From Pseudomonadota bacterium (GTDB lineage Bacteria; Pseudomonadota; Gammaproteobacteria; Acidiferrobacterales; UBA6901): a stretch of DNA of 64,000 bases. How positions within the stretch are numbered: the stretch's first letter is position 1; every line of letters starts with the position of its first letter. The stretch lies in the NCBI GenBank assembly GCA_021819085.1, contig JAKASJ010000011.1:13604-77603 (forward strand), given 5' to 3'. The position numbers and the translations under genes were made by a program. Positions 22,771 to 34,289 of the stretch are shown in pieces. A model generated the notes under the pieces. That model was not told the origin of the DNA, ran no database searches, and was given only the letters and a program-made list of their open reading frames with translations.

Positions 22771-23391
22771 TCAGGGATAGATCAGCACCACGCCCTTGAT
22801 GCCCGTCTGGCGGGCAATATGGGCCTCCAATATCCCCGCCTCTCTGCGGCTTCTGACCGGACCCACCCGCACGCGAACGCCCCGACGGTGTCCGATCCGC
22901 ACGTCATCCAGCTCCGCTCTGAATCCTTTGTGCTCAAGGGCCTGCCTGACACGCAGGGCATTTTGACGGCGCGAAAACGCGCCGAGCTGTACGATCCAGC
23001 CGCGCGCGACGTGCACGGCGGAATGCACCGGCGCGCGGCGCCGCACGCGCACCGGCACCGCTTTCGGTCTGGGTCGGGGCACCGCTTCGGGTAGTGCTGC
23101 GGCTGCCTGAGGCTGGGACGGTGCCGGTGCCGCGGGTGCCATCGGCGCCGCGGCTGCGGCCGGAGGAGGCACGTTTCCGCCCGGCGTCATCGGCAGCGGC
23201 GGCGCAGACGGCGGCACCGCAATCGTTCCCGAGGGTGCAGCTGCCGATACCGAGGGTACAGGCTGCGACTTGGATTCGCGGTTCCTGAGAATCAGCGGGA
23301 TCAGAAGTACCGCCAGCGCTACCAGAACGACTGCGCCTATGATCCGGTGTTTGGGATTGAAATGATGGCTGGTATCTTCTGGCTCGGCCAA
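22771..23391 (-). CDS. SPOR-domain cell-division protein (DedD-like)
   Basis: C-terminal SPOR domain (GWIVQLGAFSRRQNALRVRQALEHKGFRAEL...GPVRSRREAG), one TM (IIGAVVLVALAVLLIPLIL) and an Ala/Pro-rich linker. I place the start at TTG 23391 (GGGAGG 4 nt upstream). The rest of the 415-aa ORF overlaps folC. Confidence 0.7.
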   Translation of the reverse strand: MAEPEDTSHHFNPKHRIIGAVVLVALAVLLIPLILRNRESKSQPVPSVSAAAPSGTIAVPPSAPPLPMTPGGNVPPPAAAAAPMAPAAPAPSQPQAAAALPEAVPRPRPKAVPVRVRRRAPVHSAVHVARGWIVQLGAFSRRQNALRVRQALEHKGFRAELDDVRIGHRRGVRVRVGPVRSRREAGILEAHIARQTGIKGVVLIYP

Positions 23392-23402
23392 GGTGCCTCC
23401 CT

Positions 23403-24716
23403 TCAGGAACCGTTTAGACCATGCATTGACGGGACCGCGCGTAGTATAGCACCCACCGTATGAAACGATCCAAAGACCACGATGCGGTCTGCAGGTCCGG
23501 CCTGCCGAAGCGCTTCCGAATAGGCGGCGGCGACATCCGGATGCAGGGTAGCCGGTGTGCCAATTCCAGCCGCGGACAGCGCCGCATGCAGCTGTTCGGC
23601 GCTGGCGCCGCGCGGTGTGTCGAGCGTCGCCAGATGCCAGGCATCGACCACGGCGCTCGCTTCGGCCAGAACGTCTGCCATGGGTTTGTCCTTGAGCATT
23701 CCGACTACGGCCAGGGTCTTGCCGGTCACCTTCTGTGTGGCCAGGGTTGCAGCCAGTGATCGCGCCGCCTGCGCGTTGTGCGCGACATCCAGAACCCGAA
23801 CCGGCACGCCGGACAGCGTCTGGAACCGGCCCGGCAGCACCGCTTCCTGCAGGCCCGCACGGACATCCGCCTGACTTGCCGTAAAGCGCGGCGCCAGCAG
23901 TTCCAGCGCCATCAGCACGCTCGAGGCATTGTAAAGCTGGTAGTCGCCGCGCATTGCCGGATAAGGCAGCGCCGCACGCATGCGCCCCGTCCCGCAATTC
24001 GGGCATCGCCAAGTCCACCCGGTCGCACCGCGCTCAAATCCGAAATCCCGCCCCACCAGCCGAAGATCGGCACCGATGGCCGCGGCACGTTCCTCGATCG
24101 TTGTCGGCGGCGCCGGGTCGCCGCATACCGCAGGCTGGCCGGCACGGAAAATTCCCGCCTTTTCTCGTCCGATCGATTCGCGGTCGGGGCCGAGCCAGTC
24201 GGTATGGTCGATGCCGATCGAACTGATCACGGCAACATCAGCGTCCCAAAGGTTCACAGCGTCCAGCCGCCCCCCCAGACCCACCTCGAGAACCGCGATG
24301 TCGACATGCTGCGAGCGCAGCAGTTCGGCGGCGGCAAGCGTGCCGAATTCGAAATAGGTCAGCTTGGTGCGCCCGCGCTGCGCTTCTACCCGCTCGAAGG
24401 CAGAACACAGCTCGGCGTCGCTCGCCGCAATTCGCGCCGTGCGAACACGCTCGTTGTAATCCAGAAGGTGCGGCGAGGTATAGGCGCCGACACGATAGCC
24501 GGCTTCGTGCAGAATCGCCTCCAGCATCGCGACCGTCGAACCCTTGCCGTTGGTGCCAGCAACGGTCACCACCGGAAACGGCAGGCGTTCGAGTCCCATG
24601 CGCACCGCGACTTCTCGCACCCGATCCAGGCCGAGATCGATCACGCGGGGATGGAGCGTCTCCATCCACGCAAGCCAGCTTGCCAGGGAGTCTGGCGTGC
24701 GCGACCCGGGATTCAC
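23403..24716 (-). CDS. folC: Bifunctional folylpolyglutamate synthase / dihydrofolate synthase
   Basis: 437 aa. Mur-ligase P-loop [13 protein letters not shown] start overlapping the accD stop (GTGA). Confidence 0.92.
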   Translation of the reverse strand: MNPGSRTPDSLASWLAWMETLHPRVIDLGLDRVREVAVRMGLERLPFPVVTVAGTNGKGSTVAMLEAILHEAGYRVGAYTSPHLLDYNERVRTARIAASDAELCSAFERVEAQRGRTKLTYFEFGTLAAAELLRSQHVDIAVLEVGLGGRLDAVNLWDADVAVISSIGIDHTDWLGPDRESIGREKAGIFRAGQPAVCGDPAPPTTIEERAAAIGADLRLVGRDFGFERGATGWTWRCPNCGTGRMRAALPYPAMRGDYQLYNASSVLMALELLAPRFTASQADVRAGLQEAVLPGRFQTLSGVPVRVLDVAHNAQAARSLAATLATQKVTGKTLAVVGMLKDKPMADVLAEASAVVDAWHLATLDTPRGASAEQLHAALSAAGIGTPATLHPDVAAAYSEALRQAGPADRIVVFGSFHTVGAILRAVPSMHGLNGS

Positions 24717-25591
24717 GCGGCTGGAAACTGGCTCTTCGACCTCGCGTCCATGAACAGCGACAGCAGCACTGACAGTCTGTCGCGCATTTCACGCCGGTCG
24801 ACGATCATGTCAATGGCGCCATGGTCGAGCAGAAACTCCGAACGCTGGAATCCCGCGGGCAGGGTTTCGCGCACCGTCTGCTCGATCACGCGCGGACCGG
24901 CAAATCCGATAAGCGCCTTGGGCTCAGCCACGATAATATCCCCGAGCATTGCGAAGCTCGCGGAAACGCCGCCCATTGTCGGGTCGGTCAGTACCGATAT
25001 GAAAGGCAGTGCCTGCTCACCCATGCGGGTGAGCGCAGCACTGGTCTTGGCCATCTGCATCAGCGAAAGCAGCGCCTCCTGCATGCGCGCGCCGCCGCTC
25101 GCCGAAAAGCAGACCAATGGCATGGCATGTTCGATGCAGGCATTGACACCCCGCACAAACCGCTCACCGACCACCGAACCCATCGAACCGCCCATGAAAC
25201 TGAACTCGAACGCCGCCGCAACAAGCGGCGCACCAAGCAATTTTCCCTGGAGCACCACCAGCGCATCCTGCTCGCCGGTCGTCTTCTGCGCTTCGTCGAG
25301 GCGGTCTCGGTAGCGCTTGCTGTCCTTGAACTTCAGCGCATCGACAGGACGCAGGTTCGTCCCGATCTCCACGCGCGGCTCCTTGTCCAGAAACTGATCG
25401 AGCCGCCGGCGCGCACCGATGCGCATGTGATAGTCGCATTTCGGGCAGACGTCCATGTTGCTCTCGATCTCGGCGCTGTAGAGCACTGCGTTGCAGCCGG
25501 GGCATTTGCGCCACAGTCCTTCAGGCACGGCCTTCCTGCCGGCGCTGCTGCTTTTGATCTTGGGTGGCAGCAGCTTGTCGAACCAGCTCAT
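24713..25591 (-). CDS. accD: Acetyl-CoA carboxylase carboxyltransferase subunit beta
   Basis: 292 aa. N-terminal zinc ribbon [26 protein letters not shown] and a carboxyltransferase core. Confidence 0.95.
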   Translation of the reverse strand: MSWFDKLLPPKIKSSSAGRKAVPEGLWRKCPGCNAVLYSAEIESNMDVCPKCDYHMRIGARRRLDQFLDKEPRVEIGTNLRPVDALKFKDSKRYRDRLDEAQKTTGEQDALVVLQGKLLGAPLVAAAFEFSFMGGSMGSVVGERFVRGVNACIEHAMPLVCFSASGGARMQEALLSLMQMAKTSAALTRMGEQALPFISVLTDPTMGGVSASFAMLGDIIVAEPKALIGFAGPRVIEQTVRETLPAGFQRSEFLLDHGAIDMIVDRREMRDRLSVLLSLFMDARSKSQFPAA

Positions 25592-26436
25592 GCCCGCACC
25601 CCCGAAGTCGATCCGCTCGCAGATGCGGTCGCACCGTCCATCGCCGCGCGCAGCTGCGCGACAAACGCCGCCGCTTCCGTCGCAATGCGGTCGGGCTGGG
25701 ACGCGAGCGCGGCGATACGCCCCACCAGTGCGCTGCCGACGATCACGGCGTCAGCGACCCCGGCGACCTTCGCGGCTGCGTCGGGACTGCTGATACCGAA
25801 ACCGACGCCAACCGGCAAATGCGTCTGGGCGCGGATCAGTCTCAGCTTCTGCGCAACCTCGGTCAGGTCGAAATTAGCGGCACCGGTGACGCCGCGGAGC
25901 GAGACATAATAGACGAACCCGCCGGCCAGCTGCACGATCCGCCGTATGCGTTCGGCATCGCTGGTCGGCGCAAGCAGAAATACCGGGTCGATGCCGCGCG
26001 ACCTGAGGGCGGTGACGAGCTCCTGCCCTTCCTCCGGAGGAAGATCCACGGTCAGGACCCCGTCCACGCCAGCCTCATGCGCGCCAGCCGCGAAACGATC
26101 GTACCCCATGGCTTCGACCGGATTGAGATAACCCATCAGCACGACCGGGGTATGCGGGTCTTCAGAGCGGAACTCGCGCACCATCGCCAGCACACCGGCA
26201 AGACTCATGTGGTGGGCCAGGGCACGCTCGCTCGCCTTCTGGATCACCGGACCATCGGCCATAGGATCGGAAAATGGAACACCAAGCTCGATAATGTCGG
26301 CGCCAGCCTCGGCCAGGGCATGCATGAGTGGCACCGTAATCCTCGGCTCCGGATCACCGGCGGTGATGAACGGAATGAGTGCCGTCCGGCCGCGGACCTT
26401 AAGCGCCTTGAATCGATCTGCCAGCCGGTTCGTCAC
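25588..26436 (-). CDS. trpA: Tryptophan synthase alpha chain
   Basis: 282 aa. [10 protein letters not shown] and [17 protein letters not shown] motifs. GTG start overlapping the trpB stop. Confidence 0.94.
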   Translation of the reverse strand: MTNRLADRFKALKVRGRTALIPFITAGDPEPRITVPLMHALAEAGADIIELGVPFSDPMADGPVIQKASERALAHHMSLAGVLAMVREFRSEDPHTPVVLMGYLNPVEAMGYDRFAAGAHEAGVDGVLTVDLPPEEGQELVTALRSRGIDPVFLLAPTSDAERIRRIVQLAGGFVYYVSLRGVTGAANFDLTEVAQKLRLIRAQTHLPVGVGFGISSPDAAAKVAGVADAVIVGSALVGRIAALASQPDRIATEAAAFVAQLRAAMDGATASASGSTSGVRA

Positions 26437-27629
26437 AGGGTTATGCCCTCACGTGCCGCGATCGTATGCACATCCTTGTCGCCGCGCCCGGACAGGTTCA
26501 CGACGATGCACGCATCCCGGCCCAGTTCACGGGCGAGACGCCCGGAATAGGCGATTGCATGGCTCGATTCGAGGGCCGGCATGATGCCTTCAATCCGCGT
26601 CAGCAGGTGGAAGGCCTCGAGGGCCTCGTCATCGGTCACCGCCACGTACCGCGCCCGCCCCGAATCCTTGAGCCAGGCATGTTCCGGGCCAACCCCGGGA
26701 TAGTCAAGGCCGGCGGAAATCGAATGGGTCTCGATGATCTGGCCGTCGTCGGTTTCCATCAGGTAGGTGCGGTTGCCGTGCAGAACTCCGGGCCGTCCTG
26801 CCGACAGCGATGCCGCGTGTTGCCCGGTGGCGAGCCCCCTGCCCGCAGCCTCGACGCCAAACAGCGCAACCGCGGGATCATCGAGAAACGGGTAGAACAG
26901 GCCCATGGCATTCGATCCGCCACCCACACAGGCGACCAGCGCATCCGGCAGACGCCCTTCGAATTCCATAATCTGGTAGCGCACCTCTTTTCCGATCACA
27001 GCCTGGAAATCGCGCACCATGGCCGGATACGGGTGGGGGCCCGCCACGGTGCCGATGATGTAGAACGTGTTCTCGATGTTGGTGACCCAGTCGCGCATGG
27101 CTTCGTTCAGCGCGTCCTTGAGGGTCCGCGAACCGGACGTCACGGGCACGACTTTCGCGCCGAGCAGCTTCATGCGGAATACGTTGATGGCCTGCCGCTG
27201 GATGTCTTCGGCGCCCATGTAGATGACACATTCAAGACCGAGGCGTGCGGCAACGGTAGCCGTTGCGACGCCATGCTGTCCGGCACCAGTCTCGGCTATG
27301 ACACGCGTCTTCCCCATGCGCTTCGCCAGCAGCGCCTGGCCCACGGTGTTGTTGATCTTGTGCGCGCCGGTGTGATTGAGGTCTTCGCGCTTCAGATATA
27401 TGCGCGCACCGCCGAATTTCTCCGTAAGGCGCCGTGCCGGATACAGCGGCGACGGGCGTCCGACGTAGAGACGCAGATCCTCGCTGAACTCCTCCTGAAA
27501 AGCACTGTCCTGGCGCAGGCGCTCATAGATTTCCTGCAGCTCGAGTAACGGCCGCATCAGCGTTTCCGAAACGAACCGTCCACCATACCTACCGAAGTGC
27601 CCACCTTCATCGGGCAGTGCATAACCCAT
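26433..27629 (-). CDS. trpB: Tryptophan synthase beta chain
   Basis: ORF trimmed to [28 protein letters not shown]-lysine region [16 protein letters not shown]. Confidence 0.95.
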   Translation of the reverse strand: MGYALPDEGGHFGRYGGRFVSETLMRPLLELQEIYERLRQDSAFQEEFSEDLRLYVGRPSPLYPARRLTEKFGGARIYLKREDLNHTGAHKINNTVGQALLAKRMGKTRVIAETGAGQHGVATATVAARLGLECVIYMGAEDIQRQAINVFRMKLLGAKVVPVTSGSRTLKDALNEAMRDWVTNIENTFYIIGTVAGPHPYPAMVRDFQAVIGKEVRYQIMEFEGRLPDALVACVGGGSNAMGLFYPFLDDPAVALFGVEAAGRGLATGQHAASLSAGRPGVLHGNRTYLMETDDGQIIETHSISAGLDYPGVGPEHAWLKDSGRARYVAVTDDEALEAFHLLTRIEGIMPALESSHAIAYSGRLARELGRDACIVVNLSGRGDKDVHTIAAREGITL

Positions 27630-27630
27630 T

Positions 27631-28263
27631 TTAACGTGCTCCACCTGAAGCGATCGTGACACTTCGCATGAACGCGTCGATCCTGGCCGCATCCTTGATC
27701 CCCTTGCTGCACTCCACTCCGCTGCTCACGTCCACCGCAAACGGCCGGACTTCGCGGATGGCCTCGGCGACATTCTCGGAGGTCAGCCCGCCGGCCAGAA
27801 TTAGGCGCCGGCCAAGTCCCTGCGGCAACCACCGCCAGTCGAAGCGGCGACCGATGCCGCCGGCCGCTTCCGGGCTGTAGGCATCAAAAACGAGCGCCAA
27901 AGCGTCCTGGTACAGGCGCAGCGCGCGCTGTGGCTCCGAGCCGTCTCGCATATGAACCGCCTTGAGATACGGCCGCCCGTACTGCCGGCACTCTCCCGGG
28001 TCCTCCTGGCCGTGAAATTGTAGCAAGCCCAGGGGCACTTCGGTGAGAACCTGGCGGATACGCTCTGCAGGAGCGTCCACGAACAACCCGACGATCGTCA
28101 GAAACGGGGGCAGAGCCAGAGCGATGGCACGCGCCTGCTGCGGCTCGATGAATCGCGGGCTCCGCTCCTCGAAGACGAATCCGATCGCATCGGCGCCAGC
28201 ATCGGCCGCTGCCAAGGCATCTTCTAGGCGGGTTATCCCGCAAATCTTTACGCGTGTACGCAT
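27631..28263 (-). CDS. trpF: N-(5'-phosphoribosyl)anthranilate isomerase
   Basis: ORF trimmed to [31 protein letters not shown]. Its stop is 1 nt from the trpB start. Confidence 0.9.
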   Translation of the reverse strand: MRTRVKICGITRLEDALAAADAGADAIGFVFEERSPRFIEPQQARAIALALPPFLTIVGLFVDAPAERIRQVLTEVPLGLLQFHGQEDPGECRQYGRPYLKAVHMRDGSEPQRALRLYQDALALVFDAYSPEAAGGIGRRFDWRWLPQGLGRRLILAGGLTSENVAEAIREVRPFAVDVSSGVECSKGIKDAARIDAFMRSVTIASGGAR

Positions 28264-28288
28264 GCTTATCCAGACCCGACCGGCCAGC

Positions 28289-29068
28289 TTACCAGAGGCC
28301 CGAGATGGGCGGAAGCCGGGGAATTCCGTCATTCACCGGATATTCCACCGCCGTCAGATACAGGCCTTCGGCGGGAGCGGTAATGCCGCCAACGGTGCGG
28401 TCGCGCGCGTCCAGCACGTCGCACGCCCAGTGCTCCGGCCTCTCGCCGGCACCGATGGCCATCAGCACACCCGCGAGATTTCGCACCATATGGTGGAGAA
28501 AGGCGTTGGCCGTCACGGTCATGATCACAAGATCGCCGCGGCGCTCAAAGTCGAGACGGCGCAGTTCCCGCACCGGAGACTTTGCCTGACACTGGACGGC
28601 CCGATACGACGAGAAATCGTGGGTGCCGATGAGTTGCCCCGCAGCCGACTGCATGCGCGCCACGTCAAGCGGCCGATATTCGTGGCTCACGCGCCGGGCC
28701 AGGAAGCTTGGCCGCACGCTGCGATTAAGTATCACGTACCGGTATTCGCGTCCGGTAGCGGAGAAGCGTGCATGAAAACCAGGCGCAACCTCCGCGGCCC
28801 AAAGCAGTGCGATTTCCGGGGGAAGATTGCTGTTGGCTCCGCGCAGCCAGGCATGACCGCTGCGCGCCGCATTCGAATCGAAGTGAATCACCTGTGCGCA
28901 GGCATGCACCCCGGCATCGGTTCGTCCGGCTACGGTTGCGCGGATCGGTTCGTTTGCGACCCGCCCGAGCGCCTCCTCCACACAGCCCTGGACGGTGCGT
29001 GCGCCTTCCTGCCGCTGCCAGCCGCAGAAACCCGAGCCGTCATATTCGATGATCGCCGCCATCCGCAT
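28289..29068 (-). CDS. truA: tRNA pseudouridine(38-40) synthase
   Basis: 259 aa. AIIEYDGSGFCGWQRQ and the catalytic GRTDAGVHA. Confidence 0.93.
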   Translation of the reverse strand: MRMAAIIEYDGSGFCGWQRQEGARTVQGCVEEALGRVANEPIRATVAGRTDAGVHACAQVIHFDSNAARSGHAWLRGANSNLPPEIALLWAAEVAPGFHARFSATGREYRYVILNRSVRPSFLARRVSHEYRPLDVARMQSAAGQLIGTHDFSSYRAVQCQAKSPVRELRRLDFERRGDLVIMTVTANAFLHHMVRNLAGVLMAIGAGERPEHWACDVLDARDRTVGGITAPAEGLYLTAVEYPVNDGIPRLPPISGLW

Positions 29069-29156
29069 AGGCGGGGTATTCTACACGCATTCGCTGCCAC
29101 GCCCGGACGATGCGCTCCACGGCAGACATGCGCCTGGATACGCTGCACCGGATCCC

Positions 29157-31481
29157 TCATCCGGTCTGCGTCTCGATGTCAGTGACTTCCTGGTACCCGC
29201 GCGGCAGACGACTCCCTCGCAACGCGCGCTCGCCGATGTATTGATCGATTTGCTTGCCGGCATGCAGCACCAGCTCGCCCTTGTCTGTACGCAGAACCAG
29301 GGACTGGCCTTCCCGGAAAACGGCAACGCCTGCGAGATACTCCTCACGCTTGGCGACCCTGGAAGCGGGGATATTGAGCATCCTCTCGCCCTTGCCCTTC
29401 TCCATGCGCGGCAACTCGGCCGCCAGGAACACCAGGATATTGCCCTTGTTGGTGACGGCCGCGAGCCAGTCGTCCTCCACGCCCGATACTCGCTGTGGCG
29501 GCAATGCCTTCGAACCCTTGGGCACCTTGAGCACCGCCTTGCCGGCGCGGCGGTCGGTGACCAGATCGCCGAGGCTGCAGACGAAACCGTAGCCGGCGTC
29601 CGAGGCAACCAGATAGAGGTCTTCCGGCGCACCCATCATGACACCTGCCCAGGTGGCCCCGGGCGGGGGATTGAGGCTCGAAGCCAGGGGTTCTCCGTGA
29701 CCGCGCGCCGACGGCAGCTTGTGCGCCGGCAGCGTATACGAGCGTCCGGTGGAATCGAGAAACACGACGATCTGGTTGCTCTTTCCACGTGCAGACTGCA
29801 GGAACCGGTCCCCGGTCTTGTAGTCAAGCGCACGGGCATCGACCTCGTGGCCCTTGGCGGCACGCACCCATCCCTTTTCCGAAAGCACCACGGTAATGGA
29901 TTCGGTCGGAAGCAGCTGCGCCACGTCAATCGCCTTGGCCTCGCCGCGCTCGACCAGGGGCGACCGGCGCGGATCCCCGAATTCCTCGGCGTCGGAGATG
30001 ATTTCATCACGCACCTTGTCCCGGAGCTTGTGATTCGACCTGAGAATCGACTCGATCTCCTCACGCTCCGTCTTGAGCTCTTTCTGCTCGCCGCGGATCT
30101 TCATCTCTTCGAGCTTGGCAAGATGGCGCAGCCGGGTCTCGAGGATCGCTTCGGCCTGGATGTCGGACAGACTGAAGCGCTTTATCAGCACCGGCTTGGG
30201 ATCTTCTTCGGCGCGGATGATGCGGATTACCTCGTCAAGATTGAGATAGGCGGTCAACAGGCCATCCAGTATATGGAGGCGTGCGGTGACCTTGTCCAGA
30301 CGGTGCTGCAGGCGACGGCGCACAGTCCCGATGCGGAAAGTCAGCCACTCGCCGAGCAGTTCCTTGAGGCTGAATACATGCGGCCGCCCGTCGAGGCCGA
30401 TCATGTTGAGGTTCACCCGGTATGAGTGCTCCAGATCGGTGGTCGCAAACAGATGGTCCATTAGCTCGGCCGGATCCATCCGCCCGCTGCGCGGAACGAT
30501 CACGAGCCGGATGGGATTTTCGTGGTCGGACTCATCGCGCAGGTCTTCGACCATGGGCAGCTTCTTCTGCTGCATCTGCTGCGCGATCTGTTCCAGGACC
30601 TTGGCCGGGGAGACCTGGCACGGCAGGGCGCTGATGACGATATTCCCGTCTTCGCGCTGCCACTTTGCCCGCGCCCTGATCGACCCCGTGCCGCTGTTGT
30701 ACATGGCCCGGATCTCAGCCTTGGGCGTGACGATCTCGGCCTCAGTGGGATAGTCCGGACCCTGGATATGCTTCATCAGCTCGCCCGTGGTCGAATCTGG
30801 CTTCTCGAGCAGGCGGACGCAGGCGGCCGCCACTTCGCGGACGTTATGCGGCGGAATGTCCGTGGCCATACCGACGGCAATGCCGGTTGTACCGTTCAAC
30901 AGCACATGCGGCAGACGCGCAGGCATGATTCTGGGCTCTTCCAGAGTGCCATCGAAGTTCGGCTGCCACTCGACCGTGCCCTGCTCGAGTTCCGACAACA
31001 GCACCTGGGCGAAGGGCGTCAGACGCGATTCCGTATAGCGCATGGCAGCGAACGATTTCGGGTCGTCGGGAGAGCCCCAGTTTCCCTGGCCATCGATGAG
31101 CGGATAGCGGTAGCTGAATGGCTGCGCCATCAGCACCATCGCCTCATAGCAGGCGGTATCGCCGTGCGGGTGGTACTTGCCGAGCACATCACCAACGGTG
31201 CGCGCCGATTTCTTGTACTTGGCAGCTGCAGAGAGCCCGAGCTCGGACATCGCATACACGATCCGTCGCTGTACCGGCTTCAGACCGTCGGCGATGTTCG
31301 GCAGCGCGCGATCGAGGACCACGTACATCGAGTAGTCCAGGTAGGCCTTTTCGGTGAACGTGGCCAGCGGCAGCCGCTCTACCTGCGCGATGCGCAGTCG
31401 CGCTTCGATGGCGGCGGCTTTGGCGCGCCTGGGGGCTTTGTCCTTCCCGGAATGTGGCTTTCCGGATGCTTTCTTGGTCAT
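29157..31481 (-). CDS. parC: DNA topoisomerase IV subunit A
   Basis: 774 aa. [36 protein letters not shown], active-site [16 protein letters not shown] upstream of the ATG. Carries a Lys/Ala/Pro-rich N-terminal extension of about 35 aa. Confidence 0.93.
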   Translation of the reverse strand: MTKKASGKPHSGKDKAPRRAKAAAIEARLRIAQVERLPLATFTEKAYLDYSMYVVLDRALPNIADGLKPVQRRIVYAMSELGLSAAAKYKKSARTVGDVLGKYHPHGDTACYEAMVLMAQPFSYRYPLIDGQGNWGSPDDPKSFAAMRYTESRLTPFAQVLLSELEQGTVEWQPNFDGTLEEPRIMPARLPHVLLNGTTGIAVGMATDIPPHNVREVAAACVRLLEKPDSTTGELMKHIQGPDYPTEAEIVTPKAEIRAMYNSGTGSIRARAKWQREDGNIVISALPCQVSPAKVLEQIAQQMQQKKLPMVEDLRDESDHENPIRLVIVPRSGRMDPAELMDHLFATTDLEHSYRVNLNMIGLDGRPHVFSLKELLGEWLTFRIGTVRRRLQHRLDKVTARLHILDGLLTAYLNLDEVIRIIRAEEDPKPVLIKRFSLSDIQAEAILETRLRHLAKLEEMKIRGEQKELKTEREEIESILRSNHKLRDKVRDEIISDAEEFGDPRRSPLVERGEAKAIDVAQLLPTESITVVLSEKGWVRAAKGHEVDARALDYKTGDRFLQSARGKSNQIVVFLDSTGRSYTLPAHKLPSARGHGEPLASSLNPPPGATWAGVMMGAPEDLYLVASDAGYGFVCSLGDLVTDRRAGKAVLKVPKGSKALPPQRVSGVEDDWLAAVTNKGNILVFLAAELPRMEKGKGERMLNIPASRVAKREEYLAGVAVFREGQSLVLRTDKGELVLHAGKQIDQYIGERALRGSRLPRGYQEVTDIETQTG

Positions 31482-31607
31482 TCGTTACCTGGCCATGCTT
31501 GGGTAGTGTCGAAGGGCTCCTGTCCTGCCGGAGTCATGCCGACCCCGGCGCGGACCTGATCCGGCGGGCGCCGACCGAATGCAGCAATGCGAGGCAATGC
31601 CGGGGAC

Positions 31608-33500
31608 TCAGGTCACTTCCGCCTTGTTGCCGTTTTTCTCCAGCCATTCCTTGCGGTCAGGAGCGCGTTTCTTGGCAAGCATCATGTCCATGATGCGGTT
31701 GGTGTCGTCGCCGGTCCTGATTTCCAGCTGCACCAGCCTGCGGGTGTTCGGATCCATGACAGTCTCACGCAACTGCATTGGATTCATTTCGCCGAGGCCC
31801 TTGAATCGCGTGATGGTGGGGCGCGCACGTGGATTTTCCTTCTGGATCCGTTCAAGGACCTGCCTGCGCTCGTCCGCATCGAGCGCGTAATACACCGACT
31901 GCCCGACATCGACACGGAACAGCGGCGGCATCGCCACATGCACGTGGCCGGCGGCCACCAGCGGCTTGAAGTGCCGCACGAACAGCGCGCACAGCAGCGT
32001 CGCGATATGCGCTCCGTCGCTATCGGCATCCGCCAGAATGCAAACCTTTCCGTAACGCAGGCCGCCGAGGTCGCTTGAACCCGGATCCACGCCGAGCGCC
32101 ACCGCAATGTCATGCACTTCCTGAGAAGCAAGTACCTGTGCAGGATCCACCTCCCAGGTATTCAGTATCTTCCCGCGCAGCGGCATGATTGCCTGAAAGT
32201 TCCGGTCACGTGCCTGCTTGGCCGACCCTCCGGCGGAGTCGCCTTCGACCAGAAAAAGCTCAGTCATGGCCAGGTCTGTGGAGAGGCAGTCGGCGAGTTT
32301 GCCAGGCAGGGCCGGCCCGTTGCCGACTTTCTTGCGTTCGACCCGTTTTGCGGTGCGCTGCCGTTCCTGCGCCGAATCTATCGCGAGGTTGGCGATCCGC
32401 TGCGCGTCCGCGACATGCTGCATGAGCCATTGGGCGAACGCGTCCTTGACGACAGAGCCGACCAGGGCGGCGGCATCGCGCGAGGTCAGGCGCTCCTTGG
32501 TCTGCCCGGAGAATTGCGGATCACGCAGCTTGCAAGAAAGCACGTAGGCGGTCTGCCCCCAGACGTCCTCAGGCGCAAGCCGCACTCCGCGTGGCAGCAG
32601 ATTGCGGAATTCGCAGAATTCGCGCAGCGCATCGGTCAGGCCCTGGCGGAAGCCGTTCACATGCGTTCCGTCCTGTGGAGTCGGAATCAGATTGACATAG
32701 CTGTCCATCAGGGGCCGGTCATTCTCCGGCACCCAGACGATCGCCCAGTCGAGTTCGGCGTCATTGTCCTTGAATTGGCCGACGAACGGTTCGGCCGGAA
32801 TCAGTTCCTGCCCACCCGCTTCGCTGAGCAGGTAATCCCTCAGTCCGTCTTCGTAACACCACTGCTCGCTGTTCGCGGGATCGGACTCGTCGGAAAATGT
32901 GATCCTCAACCCGGGACACAGCACCGCCTTGGCACGTAACACGTGCTTGAGTTTCGGGACGTGAAACTTCGGGCTGTCGAAGAACCTTTCATCCGGCCAG
33001 AAGCGCACGGTGGTGCCAGTCGTGCGCGCACCTACCGATCCGGTCGCCTTCAACTCCGCGGTCTTTTGCCCATTGGCGAACGTCATCTTGTATTCCTTGC
33101 CTGAGCGCCGGACGTACACCTCGAGCTTCTTCGACAGGGCATTGACCACTGACACGCCAACACCATGCAATCCGCCGGAAAAATCATAGTTCCTGTTCGA
33201 GAACTTCCCGCCGGCATGCAGGCGTGTAAGAATCACCTCCACCCCTGAAACGCCTTCGCCTTTGTGCCTGTCCACCGGCATACCACGGCCGTCGTCAGTC
33301 ACCGCCAGCGAGCCGTCGCTGTGCAGCACCACGTCTATGCGCTTAGCGTGACCGGAAATTGCCTCGTCCACCGAGTTGTCGATGACCTCCTGGGCAAGGT
33401 GATTCGGGCGCTGCGTATCAGTGTACATCCCGGGGCGCTTGCGCACGGGCTCGAGGCCGGTGAGTACCTCGATTGCAGACGCGTCGTAGGATTGGCTCAT
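31608..33500 (-). CDS. parE: DNA topoisomerase IV subunit B
   Basis: ORF trimmed to MSQSYDASAIEVLTGLEPVRKRPGMYTD. GHKL motif EVIDNSVDEA. Toprim LFLVEGDSAGGSAKQARDR. Confidence 0.93.
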   Translation of the reverse strand: MSQSYDASAIEVLTGLEPVRKRPGMYTDTQRPNHLAQEVIDNSVDEAISGHAKRIDVVLHSDGSLAVTDDGRGMPVDRHKGEGVSGVEVILTRLHAGGKFSNRNYDFSGGLHGVGVSVVNALSKKLEVYVRRSGKEYKMTFANGQKTAELKATGSVGARTTGTTVRFWPDERFFDSPKFHVPKLKHVLRAKAVLCPGLRITFSDESDPANSEQWCYEDGLRDYLLSEAGGQELIPAEPFVGQFKDNDAELDWAIVWVPENDRPLMDSYVNLIPTPQDGTHVNGFRQGLTDALREFCEFRNLLPRGVRLAPEDVWGQTAYVLSCKLRDPQFSGQTKERLTSRDAAALVGSVVKDAFAQWLMQHVADAQRIANLAIDSAQERQRTAKRVERKKVGNGPALPGKLADCLSTDLAMTELFLVEGDSAGGSAKQARDRNFQAIMPLRGKILNTWEVDPAQVLASQEVHDIAVALGVDPGSSDLGGLRYGKVCILADADSDGAHIATLLCALFVRHFKPLVAAGHVHVAMPPLFRVDVGQSVYYALDADERRQVLERIQKENPRARPTITRFKGLGEMNPMQLRETVMDPNTRRLVQLEIRTGDDTNRIMDMMLAKKRAPDRKEWLEKNGNKAEVT

Positions 33501-33668
33501 CGGACCGGAAGGGGTGTGCCGGAAGCGGAAACGCTGCCGAAATAAACGGAATGCCGCGGATGTATGCGCGACCGGTCTGCGACCAGCTGCCCGCATGCTC
33601 TAGGTACCACGATAAACAGCTTGGCTTCTGTCATTGGCGGCGCATTATAGCGTGCCGCGCACAAAGCG

Positions 33669-34286
33669 TCAGCCGGATAAATCGCGCGCGAGTGCTGCGC
33701 GCACCTCGTCCGGCAGCTTCTCGACGGAATGGGAGTAGGCGGGATGTTCGATGCCCATGGCTAGTGCCGCACCGGATTTCACGGCCTGCACCATGGCGGG
33801 ATCGAGCTCGAAGCGCAGAAAATGAACGGATGAGGTCTTTTCCGATGTGGCACGTTCCAGATCCTCGTCGGCGATCGCCCAGACACGATCAAATCCCGCC
33901 ACGCGCACCCAGACCCTGCGTTCGACGCCGATCATGCTTGCCAGCGCCGCCTGGCGCTCGTCTTCTCGCGCGTACTCGATCATGAAGGTGGCTTTCCAGT
34001 TGCGGCCGTCCGGAATTAGCGGATTATAGGTTGCAATCTCTTCCTCGATGCCCTGTGCCTCGAAAATCCGCTCGGCACGCAACATCTCCTGCACCTGGTA
34101 ACGCATCGTGAGCGCGTCCTCGAAGTAAAGGGTCGCGTGCGGTCCGATCGGGACCCTGCGATTGAGTTTGTGCGCCATCACGGTGGCGCGAAAGTCGTTG
34201 CGCACCCGGTCGTACTGCTCCAAGGACAACAGACCCTCGCGGGTGAGTTTCTGCGTAGCAATGGTATCGGCGTCAGTCACGGGCAC
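33669..34286 (-). CDS. DUF3501-like protein of unknown function
   Basis: 205 aa, soluble, GTG start 3 nt after the stop of the upstream EncFtn-like gene. The DUF3501 assignment is from memory of that family's size and its association with rubrerythrin / CCG Fe-S genes, and was not verified by search. Confidence 0.6.
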   Translation of the reverse strand: MPVTDADTIATQKLTREGLLSLEQYDRVRNDFRATVMAHKLNRRVPIGPHATLYFEDALTMRYQVQEMLRAERIFEAQGIEEEIATYNPLIPDGRNWKATFMIEYAREDERQAALASMIGVERRVWVRVAGFDRVWAIADEDLERATSEKTSSVHFLRFELDPAMVQAVKSGAALAMGIEHPAYSHSVEKLPDEVRAALARDLSG

Positions 34287-34289
34287 ACC

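Noticed and set aside
33644-33671. A perfect TATAAT (minus strand, 33649-33644) with TGACGC 16 nt upstream, about 145 nt before parE, as a parE promoter.
   Set aside because: It is plausible, but it rests on a single hexamer match with a weak -35 that overlaps the DUF3501 stop codon. It is not listed as a feature.
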